Of a stretch of 64,000 nucleotides of DNA, positions 1 through 9,104 are shown piece by piece (the first letter of the stretch is position 1; every line of letters begins with the position of its first letter). Source of the DNA: Methanomassiliicoccales archaeon (GTDB taxonomy: Archaea > Thermoplasmatota > Thermoplasmata > Methanomassiliicoccales > UBA472); contig JAPKYK010000003.1 in the NCBI GenBank assembly GCA_026394395.1, positions 12,547-76,546 of the forward strand, read 5' to 3'. Under the pieces are notes generated by a model. It ran no database searches. It was not told the origin of the DNA and worked only from the letters and a program-made list of their open reading frames with translations. Both the position numbers and the translations under genes were made by a program.

Positions 1-1152
1 GTTGCCTTGGTTGTCGCCGGTCATCATAGGCCCGTCCCGCTGGTAATTGCCCGTGGTCGTGCCTTTGGCCTGGTTCACCGGTATCAGGTGGTAGTTCGTC
101 CCTAGCCGGTGGCGGTGCGTGTCGTGGTACGAGAACAACCGTCCCTGCAGCAGCTTATCCGGCGACGCTCCGATGCCCGGTACGAAGTTCGCGGGAGAGA
201 ACGCTGACTGCTCCACCTCGGCGAAGTAGTTGGTCGGGTTCCGGTTCAGTACCATCCTCCCGAAGGTCATGGGTGGCACGTCGCCATGCGGCCAGACCTT
301 GGTGATGTCGAACGGATCGAACCGATACTTCTCCGCCTGCTCCGGGGTCATTATCTGCACTTCTACCCTCCAGGACGGGAACTCACCGCGTTCGATGGCG
401 TCGTGCAGATCACGCGTGGCATGGTCCGGGTCCTTGCCCTTCATCACCTCGGCCTCCTCGGCCGTAAGGTTCTTGATTCCCTGTTCGGTCTTGAAGTGCA
501 GTTTAATCCAGTAGTACTCCCCTTTATCGTTGTACCACTTGTAGGTGTGGCTGGTGAATCCGTTCATATTCCTGAACGTAGCGGGTATCCCCCGGTCCGA
601 GAACAATATGGTGACCTGGTGCACGGACTCCGGCGTCAGGGAAAGGAAGTCCCAGAACATGTCCGGGTCCTTCAGGTTGTTGCTGGGGTTCCTCTTCTGG
701 GTGTGGATGAAGTCCGGGAACTTGAGCGGATCTCTGATGAAGAACACCGGGGTGTTGTTTCCCACCATGTCGTAGTTGCCCTCCTCGGTATAGAACTTCA
801 CGGCGAAGCCGCGGGGGTCCCGTTCGGCGTCTGCGGAACCCTTTTCCCCGCCCACGGTGGAGAAACGCACGAAGACCTCCGTCTTCTTCCCAACCTTGCT
901 CAAGAACTTCGCTCTGGTGTACTTCGAGACGTCCTTGGTGACCTCGAAATACCCGAAGGCGCCAGCTCCCTTGGCGTGCACCACACGCTCCGGGATCCGT
1001 TCCCGGTCAAAATGGGCCAATTTCTCTATGAGGTGGATGTCCTGGACCAGCACCGGGCCGTTCCTTCCCGCGGTCAGGGTGTTCTGGTCATCTTCTACAG
1101 GCTTGCCGAAGTTATCGGTCAAAGACTGTTTCTTGGGGGCTGCCTTTCTCAT
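1..1152 (-). CDS. kat: Monofunctional heme catalase, N-terminal 384 codons only (the C-terminus lies beyond the window start)
   Basis: Absent from the ORF track because it has no stop codon inside the window. My translation of the minus strand from the ATG at 1152-1150 gives [71 protein letters not shown]...[46 protein letters not shown]...[15 protein letters not shown]. These include the distal-His and proximal-Tyr signature regions of typical catalases. The frame stays open to position 1. Confidence 0.9.
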   Translation of the reverse strand, partial: MRKAAPKKQSLTDNFGKPVEDDQNTLTAGRNGPVLVQDIHLIEKLAHFDRERIPERVVHAKGAGAFGYFEVTKDVSKYTRAKFLSKVGKKTEVFVRFSTVGGEKGSADAERDPRGFAVKFYTEEGNYDMVGNNTPVFFIRDPLKFPDFIHTQKRNPSNNLKDPDMFWDFLSLTPESVHQVTILFSDRGIPATFRNMNGFTSHTYKWYNDKGEYYWIKLHFKTEQGIKNLTAEEAEVMKGKDPDHATRDLHDAIERGEFPSWRVEVQIMTPEQAEKYRFDPFDITKVWPHGDVPPMTFGRMVLNRNPTNYFAEVEQSAFSPANFVPGIGASPDKLLQGRLFSYHDTHRHRLGTNYHLIPVNQAKGTTTGNYQRDGPMMTGDNQGN

Positions 1153-1356
1153 GTTTTTAAAAGCAAGCAGGGAATAGATATCATTTTCCCGGAGAAAAGG
1201 TCAATGAATGTCATTGATGGTAGATCCGGCACCCGGCCCCTCATTCGTTTATATTTATTCTGTCTTCAAGTGTTTAATATAAATACTAGTAATTGCTTCG
1301 TATAATTTGTTGCAAGGGTCAGCTGATCTTTGCTAACACAAATAGGTAGATTAGTA

Positions 1357-1539
1357 ATGTACGGAAGACAGAGGACGGGCGGATACAACCGCCCCAGAAA
1401 CGACGGGCCCCGCGAGATGAGTGATGTAATTTGTTCCGATTGCGGAGCAAAGACACAAGTTCCTTTCAAGCCGACCGAGGGCAGGCCTGTCTATTGCAGG
1501 GACTGCTTCCAGAAGCACAAGCCGAAGGACAGGTTCTAA
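1357..1539 (+). CDS. Small basic zinc-ribbon protein (60 aa from the ATG at 1357; the track ORF starts at TTG 1330)
   Basis: Contains CSDC-x17-CRDC (VICSDCGAKTQVPFKPTEGRPVYCRDCF) after an Arg/Gly-rich N-terminus. AT-rich promoter-like DNA lies upstream. Confidence 0.55.
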   Translation: MYGRQRTGGYNRPRNDGPREMSDVICSDCGAKTQVPFKPTEGRPVYCRDCFQKHKPKDRF

Positions 1540-1730
1540 ACCATCAAAGCAATTTGCAAACCACTTCCCTTTTACTTATCTCATTTTTCTATATCACCCA
1601 TCTCTAATTTCCATTCGAACGGATCAACCTTTATCGCTTGGATGCTCAGATAGAAATGATTTTATAATCCACTAAAAAATAATTTTCACAAGCAGGTTGG
1701 TGGAAAACCTGTTCTTTAGGAGGATATAAC

Positions 1731-3296
1731 ATGATTTTGCGAACTCGATTAGTTTGTCTCATGCTCGCAGCGCTTTTTCTGCTGTCAGCAGGCGCTGTCA
1801 CTGTGAACAACGCTTCTGCGGCGGTACCCGAACCGGAATGGCAGGAAGCCACACCATTACCTTATCCAATATATCTTGCGGCTTCGGTCCAGGATGGCAA
1901 TTATAATCTCTATATCATAGGTGGGCGCAGCGGCCTTTCCGCAAACCCGACGGACAATGTAACCTTATATGACCTGAGCAACGAACAGATCACGAGCCTG
2001 GCCAATATGCCTGTGGGCGTGGCTGGTGGTTGTGCGGCCATAGGGCTTGATGGTAAAGTGTATGTCTTTGGGGGCAAGAACGCAAGCATCGCTAACATCT
2101 ACATGCCTCAAGTGCAGATATACGATCCATCTACCAACACCTGGTCCTTGGGTGCATCAATGCCGGAGGCCGTGACCATCGCTGATGCGGTTGCCATGCC
2201 TAACGGACTCATCTATGTGATGGGGGGTAACAATGGAAGTGATCCAATACTCATCAAAGATATTATGCAGGTCTACGACCCGGTCGCCAATTCGTGGACC
2301 TTCGGTCCTTCCATGCCGACCGAGATATACTCCGGGTCTGCCGTGGCTATCAATGATAACACGATCATGTACCTGGGCGGGGGGAATTCCGACTCTTCCG
2401 TATCCTACAATACCATCATGTTCTATAACATAAGGGACGGTTACTGGTATACCTCATCATGGACCCTACCGGAGAAGATGGCCGCTACGGACGCGGTCAT
2501 CGGGCCCGACGGACAGATATACCTGATCGGCGGGGGGCGTGGTAATAGTGCGTGGAGCACCAATAGCTATACCAGCTACAACGGGTATTGCTTCAACCCG
2601 TTCAAAGGTGAAACAATCAGCGTGCCCGACATGACCCAGGACCGCAAATATCACTCGGTCGGGTTCGACGAGGAAGGCAATATCTTTGTGATAGGCGGAT
2701 ACTCGTTCGATGCACCGGTCGGGGAGACCACGGCCAACGCCTCGAAGCTGAAGGTCATGGACCTGCAGTTACAGGTGTTCCCGCAAGGCCAGGACATCAT
2801 CACTGGGGAACAGATGCTGGTGATTGCCGACTTCAACTTCGCCTTCGCTGATTATGAATCCGTGACTGCCCAGGTCAACATCCGCAATTCGGATGGCGAT
2901 GTCGTAGCCATGTCGGAGCTTTCCGCCTACGTCGCCGAAGGGAATCCCGGATACTATTGGGTGGACGTCCCACAGGGTTTACCAAGCGGGGATTATTCGG
3001 TAGAGTTCTCCAAGCTCAGGCCATCTTACTACCCGTATGACGACCTGAGCTTCGATGGGTTCGACATAGGGATAGGATTCGTTCACTCTCAGACCATGAA
3101 CGAGCAGCTGGAGGCTCAGAATCAGACCATAAACGACCTGCAAGACCAGGTGGGCGAACTACAGAACAACCTATCTGACGCCAACGACAAACTGGATGCT
3201 GCGGCGACCTACCTATTGATCGTCATGGTCATAGCTATAATCGCCGTGATAGTGGCCGTCGTCGTACTGGTGCTATCTCTTAGGAAAAAAGCCTAG
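1731..3296 (+). CDS. Secreted or membrane-anchored Kelch-repeat beta-propeller protein
   Basis: AGGAGG sits 7 nt upstream of the ATG. The N-terminus has a signal-like hydrophobic stretch (LVCLMLAALFLLSAGAV). Six Kelch-like blades each carry a GG doublet (YIIGGRSG, YVFGGKNA, YVMGGNNG, MYLGGGNS, YLIGGGRG, FVIGGYSF). A Q/N/L-rich coiled-coil-like segment precedes a C-terminal hydrophobic anchor (LLIVMVIAIIAVIVAVVVLVLSLRKKA). Confidence 0.8.
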   Translation: MILRTRLVCLMLAALFLLSAGAVTVNNASAAVPEPEWQEATPLPYPIYLAASVQDGNYNLYIIGGRSGLSANPTDNVTLYDLSNEQITSLANMPVGVAGGCAAIGLDGKVYVFGGKNASIANIYMPQVQIYDPSTNTWSLGASMPEAVTIADAVAMPNGLIYVMGGNNGSDPILIKDIMQVYDPVANSWTFGPSMPTEIYSGSAVAINDNTIMYLGGGNSDSSVSYNTIMFYNIRDGYWYTSSWTLPEKMAATDAVIGPDGQIYLIGGGRGNSAWSTNSYTSYNGYCFNPFKGETISVPDMTQDRKYHSVGFDEEGNIFVIGGYSFDAPVGETTANASKLKVMDLQLQVFPQGQDIITGEQMLVIADFNFAFADYESVTAQVNIRNSDGDVVAMSELSAYVAEGNPGYYWVDVPQGLPSGDYSVEFSKLRPSYYPYDDLSFDGFDIGIGFVHSQTMNEQLEAQNQTINDLQDQVGELQNNLSDANDKLDAAATYLLIVMVIAIIAVIVAVVVLVLSLRKKA

Positions 3297-4128
3297 GTTC
3301 GACCTGAAACCCTTTCTCTTTTCCATTTTTTCCGTTCTCCACTATGTTCAGGCACTTACGGTAAGCATCCTCGCTGACCTTGGTGGAGATGAAGTTCGGC
3401 TCCAGGTCGACCTCTTTGAAATTGAATTCCTGGCTGAACTCCCTCACATGGGCATGGAAGTTATCAGTTTCCCCGAGACCTGTGTTAATGCGCAGCACCC
3501 GGTTGTACCCGGCCATCTCGAACAGCATCTTCAGCATGTCCAGGTTGGTCATGTCCGTTCCTCGGGTGATCTCCATCTTCTTGATGAGGTCCGGCCAGTT
3601 CTCGGCCCAGGCCGGGGTCATGTAGAAGACGCCGGCGTACCGTTTCAGAAGGCGCAAGTAACCGTCCGTACCTCCCAGGGGCACGGCGATGCAGTCGTCG
3701 ACGATCTGCCCCTGCGCGTCGGTCAAGATGACCACCGGCGTCCGCACGTCCTCGAATAATATGTTCATGTTCTGGAAGGCGTTCCCGCAGAGCCCGTAAA
3801 ATAACAGTATGACCGAGCAGCTGCCGTCCAGCAGTTTGACGGTCCGGACCACCTCCGCTCCCAGCTCTTTCGGCTCCTCATGCAGCCCCATAGACTTCAT
3901 CCACACCAGGACGCTTCGGCCCTCGCTCGAAGGCAGGTCGTTCACCTGGGCCTCCTTCACCCTGTGGATATCAGGTCTAGCTTGGCTCAATTTCCTGAGC
4001 AGGTTCCGGGAGTGGTCGTCCTCCACCACGAAAATGTCGTTCAGCTCATGATCGTTGGACAGGAGATAAATTATCTCGTCCTCCAGTATCGGGCAACCGA
4101 CGATGGCCAATCTTCCTTCTCCGTTCAT
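3280..4128 (-). CDS. DUF1638-like protein
   Basis: 282-aa ORF. LAIVGCPILEDEI and ILLFYGLCGN resemble DUF1638 proteins found near methyltransferase/corrinoid genes in methanogens. The family assignment is from memory and needs an HMM check. Confidence 0.5.
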   Translation of the reverse strand: MNGEGRLAIVGCPILEDEIIYLLSNDHELNDIFVVEDDHSRNLLRKLSQARPDIHRVKEAQVNDLPSSEGRSVLVWMKSMGLHEEPKELGAEVVRTVKLLDGSCSVILLFYGLCGNAFQNMNILFEDVRTPVVILTDAQGQIVDDCIAVPLGGTDGYLRLLKRYAGVFYMTPAWAENWPDLIKKMEITRGTDMTNLDMLKMLFEMAGYNRVLRINTGLGETDNFHAHVREFSQEFNFKEVDLEPNFISTKVSEDAYRKCLNIVENGKNGKEKGFQVEPRLFS

Positions 4129-4271
4129 TTGTTCACCTTGGTTGCGTCCGTTATACGGCCGACCGCCTTCTCCAGCTCTTCGAGCCGTTTCCGCATGTCG
4201 AACAGATACTGGCTCTGGACCTTCAATTCGTCCAGGATCTGCTTCAGAAGGATGGTCTCATCAACGCTCAT
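4125..4271 (-). CDS. 48-aa coiled-coil-like small protein, translationally coupled to the DUF1638-like gene
   Basis: Below the ORF-track size cutoff. My translation is MSVDETILLKQILDELKVQSQYLFDMRKRLEELEKAVGRITDATKVNK. Its TGA overlaps the ATG of the downstream gene (ATGA at 4128-4125). Confidence 0.4.
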   Translation of the reverse strand: MSVDETILLKQILDELKVQSQYLFDMRKRLEELEKAVGRITDATKVNK

Positions 4272-4367
4272 TCGGCCGTAAAGGGATGATTCTCCTCTAA
4301 TAACTTACGTGTAAAAGTGCCGAATGGTTATTATGGCACGTAGCGTCATAGCTTACACGGTGGTCAA

Positions 4368-5102
4368 TTGGACGTAGTTTTCATGGGCACCAACGGCTGG
4401 TACGACACCGACACGGGGAACACACTTAGCGTCCTGGTGCGGGCCAAGGAAATGAACGTGGTCCTGGACGCCGGGGGCGGGCTGCACAAGCTGGACCGCT
4501 ACGCCGACCTGTCGAAGCCGACGGTCATCATGCTCTCGCACCATCACCTGGACCATCTCATCGGACTGCACCAGCTGGCCCGCTTCCGTTTCAAGAACAA
4601 GGTGACCATCGTCGGCCTAATCGGCACGTTCAACATCCTGCAAGAGCTGTTGCGGGAACCGTACTCCGTGCCTCTGGGGCTCATCCCCTACAACATTGAG
4701 TTTATGGAAGTAAGGGAGGGCGTGCACGATCGCCCCTTCACCTTCCATTCCCGTCTGCTCTTCCATTCCTCGCCCTGCCTCGGGTACCGTCTGGAGCTGG
4801 ATGGGAGGTCCATCGCCTTCTGTACCGACACCGGTCCGTGCAAGAACACCGTGGAGCTGGCTAGGAACGCCGACCTGCTCATAACCGAGAGCGCCTTCCG
4901 CACCGGGGAGAGCAGCGACCTGTGGCCCCACCTCACCCCGGAGGACGCCATCGCTATAAAGGACGAGTCCAAGGCCAAGCGCCTGGTCCTCACCCACTTC
5001 GACGCCTTCAAGTACCCGACGATGCGGGATAGGGAGGAGATTGAGGAGAGGCATCCGGGCAAACTGACCGTCTCCAAGGACGGCATGATCGTCACCATAT
5101 GA
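4368..5102 (+). CDS. MBL-fold metallo-hydrolase (RNase Z / beta-lactamase-like)
   Basis: HxHxDH motif (LSHHHLDHLIGL) plus downstream Asp/His ligand regions (CTDTG, LTHFD). The track uses a TTG start; the ATG at 4383 is an alternative. Confidence 0.75.
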   Translation: MDVVFMGTNGWYDTDTGNTLSVLVRAKEMNVVLDAGGGLHKLDRYADLSKPTVIMLSHHHLDHLIGLHQLARFRFKNKVTIVGLIGTFNILQELLREPYSVPLGLIPYNIEFMEVREGVHDRPFTFHSRLLFHSSPCLGYRLELDGRSIAFCTDTGPCKNTVELARNADLLITESAFRTGESSDLWPHLTPEDAIAIKDESKAKRLVLTHFDAFKYPTMRDREEIEERHPGKLTVSKDGMIVTI

Positions 5103-5137
5103 GAAAGACATAAAGTCCCAACAGTGATTGCCTTGCC

Positions 5138-6949
5138 ATGCTCCTAAAAGCGGAAGGGGTGGGCAAGGCCTTCGGTCCCAAGCAGGTCCTCAAGGAGGTG
5201 GACCTCCAGATCGAGATGGGGGACCGTATCGGGCTGGTAGGCCGCAACGGCGCCGGCAAGACCACCCTCATCAAGCTGTTCATGGGACACATCAAGCCCG
5301 ACGTGGGCATGCTAACGCTAAAGACCAGCAAGGTCAGCTATCTGTCCCAGTTCGTGGAGGTGGACCATTCCGCCTCGGTGGATTCCACCGTCGGCGTCCT
5401 GAGCGAGGAGGCGGCACCGTTGAAGCGGCGGGCCATGGAGATCGAGGAGGTAATGGCCTCCGGCGGTGATTCCGACACGGACTGGAACGCCCTGTCGCAG
5501 GAGTACGCCTCGGTCCAGGATGAACTGTTGCGCATTTCTCCCTCACAGACCAAAGGGAAGGCCTTGGGCATCCTGGGGGAGTTCGGCCTGGAGCACAAGG
5601 CCCAGGGGAGCATGGGGGAGCTGAGCGGGGGCGAGCGTACCAAGGTCATGCTCTCCCGCGTGCTGGCGCAGGCCGAGCAATCGGACCTCATATTCCTTGA
5701 CGAACCGACGAGCCATCTGGACATCGAGACCGTGGAATGGCTGGAGGACCAGTTGCTGAAGCTCAAGGGGGCGGTGATCATCATCTCCCACGACCGTTAC
5801 TTCCTGGACAACGTGGCCACTCGCATCATCGAGCTGGAGGACGGCAAGCTCACGCATTATTCGGGCAACTACACCGTCTTCATGGAGAAGAAGGCCTTGG
5901 ACCGGGAACGGTTGATGCAGGCGCACGACAAGGCGCTGCGCGAGAAGGAACGGCAGGAACGCATCGCCGAGGAACTTCATGTCAAGTACAAGTTCAAGTC
6001 GATCCACAAGACCCGGGAGAAGATGGCCGAGAGGATCGAGGTCCCGGACCCCCCGATAGAAGAGAAGGACCTACAGGTCCGCATCTACGCCCTGGGAAAA
6101 TCGGGCAAGAACGTCATCACCGGCAAGGATCTGGTCGTAGCTCGAGGGAACCGCAAGGTACTGGACAAACTGGACATAGAGATCGAGAAGGGTGACAAGC
6201 TGGGCATATTCGGTCCGAACGGAAGTGGTAAGACCACCCTGCTCAAGGCCTTACAATCGAAACTGCCGTACCTGGGGGAGCTGCACGTCTCCCCGGGGGT
6301 GAAGATCGGTTATTACGCCCAGGAGCACGATCTGCTAGAGCAGGACCTCACGGCGGAGCAACAGATGAAGAAGACCCTAGGACAGCAGGCCACGGAGTCG
6401 CGGGCCATACTGGCCAGATTGCTGCTCATCGGCAAGGACGTGGAAAGGCCGATAAGCATCCTCTCCGGCGGGGAAAGAGCCAGGGTAGCCCTGGCCATGC
6501 TGCTAGCGCAGCACAAGAACCTGCTCATCCTCGACGAACCGTCCAACTACCTGGATATACCTAGCAAGGAGGCGGTGGAGGCGGCCCTGCGCGAATACAC
6601 TGGTACCATGATCATCGTCACCCATGACCGTTATCTTCTGGACGCGGTGTGCACCAAGGTCGGGGAGCTGCGAGGCGGGAAGCTGACGGTGTTCAACGGA
6701 ACATATTCGGAGATGAAGGGGAGACAGAAGTCCTCCCAGGGAGTAGAGGTCGCCGATGTCTACAAGGCCGTTTCCAGCTTCAAGGACTGGACTAACGGCG
6801 CAACGTACAAGGCCGGGGACAAGGTGATCATCGCCAAGACCGAGCTGGAGAACTTCAAGTGGGCCCTGGAAACGGGGAAGCTGAAGAAGGTCGGAGGCAC
6901 CGAACTGAAAAAGGTGCGCAAGCCCCCTGCCCCGGCTGAGGATGATTGA
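5138..6949 (+). CDS. ABC-F family ATPase (two fused nucleotide-binding domains, no membrane domain)
   Basis: Walker A motifs GRNGAGKT and GPNGSGKT. Signature motifs LSGGERTKV and LSGGERARV. Walker B motifs LIFLDEPTSHLD and LLILDEPSNYLD. The two NBDs are joined by a charged helical linker (KKALDRERLMQAHDKALREKERQERIAEELHVKYKF...). A roughly 85-aa C-terminal extension follows. Confidence 0.85.
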   Translation: MLLKAEGVGKAFGPKQVLKEVDLQIEMGDRIGLVGRNGAGKTTLIKLFMGHIKPDVGMLTLKTSKVSYLSQFVEVDHSASVDSTVGVLSEEAAPLKRRAMEIEEVMASGGDSDTDWNALSQEYASVQDELLRISPSQTKGKALGILGEFGLEHKAQGSMGELSGGERTKVMLSRVLAQAEQSDLIFLDEPTSHLDIETVEWLEDQLLKLKGAVIIISHDRYFLDNVATRIIELEDGKLTHYSGNYTVFMEKKALDRERLMQAHDKALREKERQERIAEELHVKYKFKSIHKTREKMAERIEVPDPPIEEKDLQVRIYALGKSGKNVITGKDLVVARGNRKVLDKLDIEIEKGDKLGIFGPNGSGKTTLLKALQSKLPYLGELHVSPGVKIGYYAQEHDLLEQDLTAEQQMKKTLGQQATESRAILARLLLIGKDVERPISILSGGERARVALAMLLAQHKNLLILDEPSNYLDIPSKEAVEAALREYTGTMIIVTHDRYLLDAVCTKVGELRGGKLTVFNGTYSEMKGRQKSSQGVEVADVYKAVSSFKDWTNGATYKAGDKVIIAKTELENFKWALETGKLKKVGGTELKKVRKPPAPAEDD

Positions 6950-6964
6950 AATACCGCCTGGTAG

Positions 6965-7537
6965 ATGGCAAAGCGCATGAACAAAGAGCCTTCGCAATTC
7001 CCGGCCTCAGAGAAGCACCGCCTGGTGGACGAAGACCGTCGCCGGAGGCAGCCGGTGGAAGCGGTACTGGAACGCATGCGATTGTCTCCCGGTGAGACCG
7101 TGGCCGACCTGGGAGCCGGCGTGGGCTACCTGTCCATACCGCTGGCCGATGCCGGAGCCAAGGTCATCGCCCTGGACTTCCAGCAGGAGATGTTGGACGG
7201 AATCCGGGAAAGGGATAATGGCTCAGAGAGGATTGCGCTGGTCAAGGCCGAGCTGCCGAACATACCGTTGCCGGATGCCTCGCTGGACCGGGCAGTCATG
7301 CTGAACGTCTTTCATGAGGTTAAAGACAAGAAAAGGCTGGCAGCGGAGATCGGGCGCGTCCTGCGAAAGGACGGACGCATCACCATCGTGGACTGGCAGG
7401 CCAGGCAGACGGAGAGGGGTCCGCCGCGGCACGAACGAGTTCCCATCGACGTCGCCCCGTCCTACTTTCCCGATTTCGTTCTGGAAAGGAAATACGACGA
7501 CGAGAACTATTATCATCTGGAGCTTCGCCGGGAATGA
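6965..7537 (+). CDS. Class I SAM-dependent methyltransferase
   Basis: Motif I VADLGAGVGYLSIPLA, an acidic post-I residue (IALDF), and LRKDGRITIVDW. Confidence 0.75.
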   Translation: MAKRMNKEPSQFPASEKHRLVDEDRRRRQPVEAVLERMRLSPGETVADLGAGVGYLSIPLADAGAKVIALDFQQEMLDGIRERDNGSERIALVKAELPNIPLPDASLDRAVMLNVFHEVKDKKRLAAEIGRVLRKDGRITIVDWQARQTERGPPRHERVPIDVAPSYFPDFVLERKYDDENYYHLELRRE

Positions 7538-8130
7538 GCCAAAAGGAGAGCTGGGACCGCCTGTACAAAAGGGACGACCGTCCCTGGAAGGGGGACCCGG
7601 ACGCCACGCTGCCCTTCGAGGGAACGGTCCTGGAGCTGGGCGTGGGGAACGGAAAGGGGTTGGCGGCGCTGTCGACGAACACGCAGCCCATAGGATTGGA
7701 CTTCTCCCGTCAGGCGCTGTGGTCCTGCCGTCGATGGCGCTCATTGCCTCTGTTGCAGGGGGACGTCACCGCCCTGCCCATTCGGGACGCATGCATGCCG
7801 TCGATCGCCACCTCCCACGTCCTCGGTCACCTTCTGCTTCCGGACAGGATAGACGCAGCTATGGAGATAACGAGAGTACTGGCGAACGACGGGCGTCTCT
7901 TTATCAGCGTCTTCGGGGACGGCGATATGCGCTGCGGGAAAGGAACGGAGGTTGAGCAGCGGACCTACGAAAGGGGCAACGGCATAATCTGCCATTACTT
8001 CGCGGAGGGGGAGGTCATTGAACTATTCCCGGACCTGCAACTGGAAGAGGAATGGACCAGATGTGTGTCCAAGCGCTACCACGGCCGGGACGAAGTACGG
8101 CAGGAACGCCGCGCGCTGCTCCGCAAGTGA
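7534..8130 (+). CDS. Class I SAM-dependent methyltransferase
   Basis: Motif I VLELGVGNGKG, followed by IGLDFS and LANDGRLFISVF. The start overlaps the upstream stop by 4 nt (ATGA). Confidence 0.7.
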   Translation: MSQKESWDRLYKRDDRPWKGDPDATLPFEGTVLELGVGNGKGLAALSTNTQPIGLDFSRQALWSCRRWRSLPLLQGDVTALPIRDACMPSIATSHVLGHLLLPDRIDAAMEITRVLANDGRLFISVFGDGDMRCGKGTEVEQRTYERGNGIICHYFAEGEVIELFPDLQLEEEWTRCVSKRYHGRDEVRQERRALLRK

Positions 8131-8171
8131 GTTCGCTCCCTTTATCTATCACTGCGTAAGTTGAGGTCCGG

Positions 8172-8981
8172 ATGCATAGATTCGGAATGCCAGTGCTGAT
8201 AGAGTACCAGGAACTGCGGCCCAACCTTGAGCTGTGCCATGAGCTTGGATTGGACTTCATCGAGCTCAATATGAACCTGCCATACTCCTTTCCCGAGAAC
8301 ATTAATTCCCGGGAGGTGAAGTGGGCGCTGAAAGAGGGGATGCGCTTTAGCATCCACCTGCACGACGAGCTCGATCTGGGCTCGCTACACCGATCCGTCC
8401 GCAAGGGGCATATCGCCCGATGCGAGGACGCCCTGCGCTGGGGGGCGAAGAACGGTGTGTTCCTGCTGAACCTGCACCTGAACCCCGGGGTGTACTTCAC
8501 CCTGCCCGACGGCAAGATCTGGGTGTACGAGCGGTATCAGAACGAGTACATCGAATCCCTGAACGATTCGTTGTCCCAGCTTTCCTCCCTGGCCTCTGGG
8601 CTGGGAGTTAGGATATGCCTGGAAAACACCGGGCACCTCGCCCTGCCGTTCATGCGCCGGGCGGTGGAATCGGTATTGGACCTGGATTCCATCGGCCTTT
8701 GCTGGGACATAGGCCACGATGCCCGCGTCGGCCATCAGGAGGAAGATTTCATGTTGGCCCATGCGGATCGTCTATGGCACATGCACTTTCACGACTACGA
8801 CGGGAAGAGCGACCACCAGCTGCCCTTCACCGGCAACATCGATTGCCCTCACTTCCTGGATATGGCGAGGGAGAAGGACATGTCCGTGCTCATCGAAGTG
8901 AAGACCGAAGCGGCCGTCCGGCAGGCCGTGCTGACCATGCGCCAAAGGGGTTGCCTGCCCGATGCAAAGTCATTAAAATGA
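8172..8981 (+). CDS. Sugar-phosphate isomerase/epimerase (xylose-isomerase-like TIM barrel, AP-endonuclease-2 fold)
   Basis: LGLDFIELNMN, ICLENT, WDIGHD and HMHFHD form the metal-ligand pattern typical of this fold. Confidence 0.65.
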   Translation: MHRFGMPVLIEYQELRPNLELCHELGLDFIELNMNLPYSFPENINSREVKWALKEGMRFSIHLHDELDLGSLHRSVRKGHIARCEDALRWGAKNGVFLLNLHLNPGVYFTLPDGKIWVYERYQNEYIESLNDSLSQLSSLASGLGVRICLENTGHLALPFMRRAVESVLDLDSIGLCWDIGHDARVGHQEEDFMLAHADRLWHMHFHDYDGKSDHQLPFTGNIDCPHFLDMAREKDMSVLIEVKTEAAVRQAVLTMRQRGCLPDAKSLK

Positions 8982-9104
8982 CCCAAATGGTCATACATGT
9001 GCCATTCGTCTGCTGGCCCATTTCTAATGGCCAGATGTGGGGGTCATGGTTCTGTTGCAATGATTTATAACGCCGTAAACTCATTACTTGAGTGGTGAAT
9101 TAAC

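Noticed and set aside
286-1305. 339-aa plus-strand ORF (and overlapping plus ORFs at 230-514, 545-775, 857-1177)
   Set aside because: It is antisense to a complete, motif-rich catalase reading frame on the minus strand. Its translation is Arg/Gly/Leu-rich shadow sequence with no recognisable motif.
7223-7955. ORFs 7223-7744 (-), 7314-7955 (+) and 7380-7691 (-) across the two methyltransferase genes
   Set aside because: These are overlapping shadow ORFs with Arg/Pro/Gly-rich composition. The methyltransferase frames carry SAM-binding motif I.
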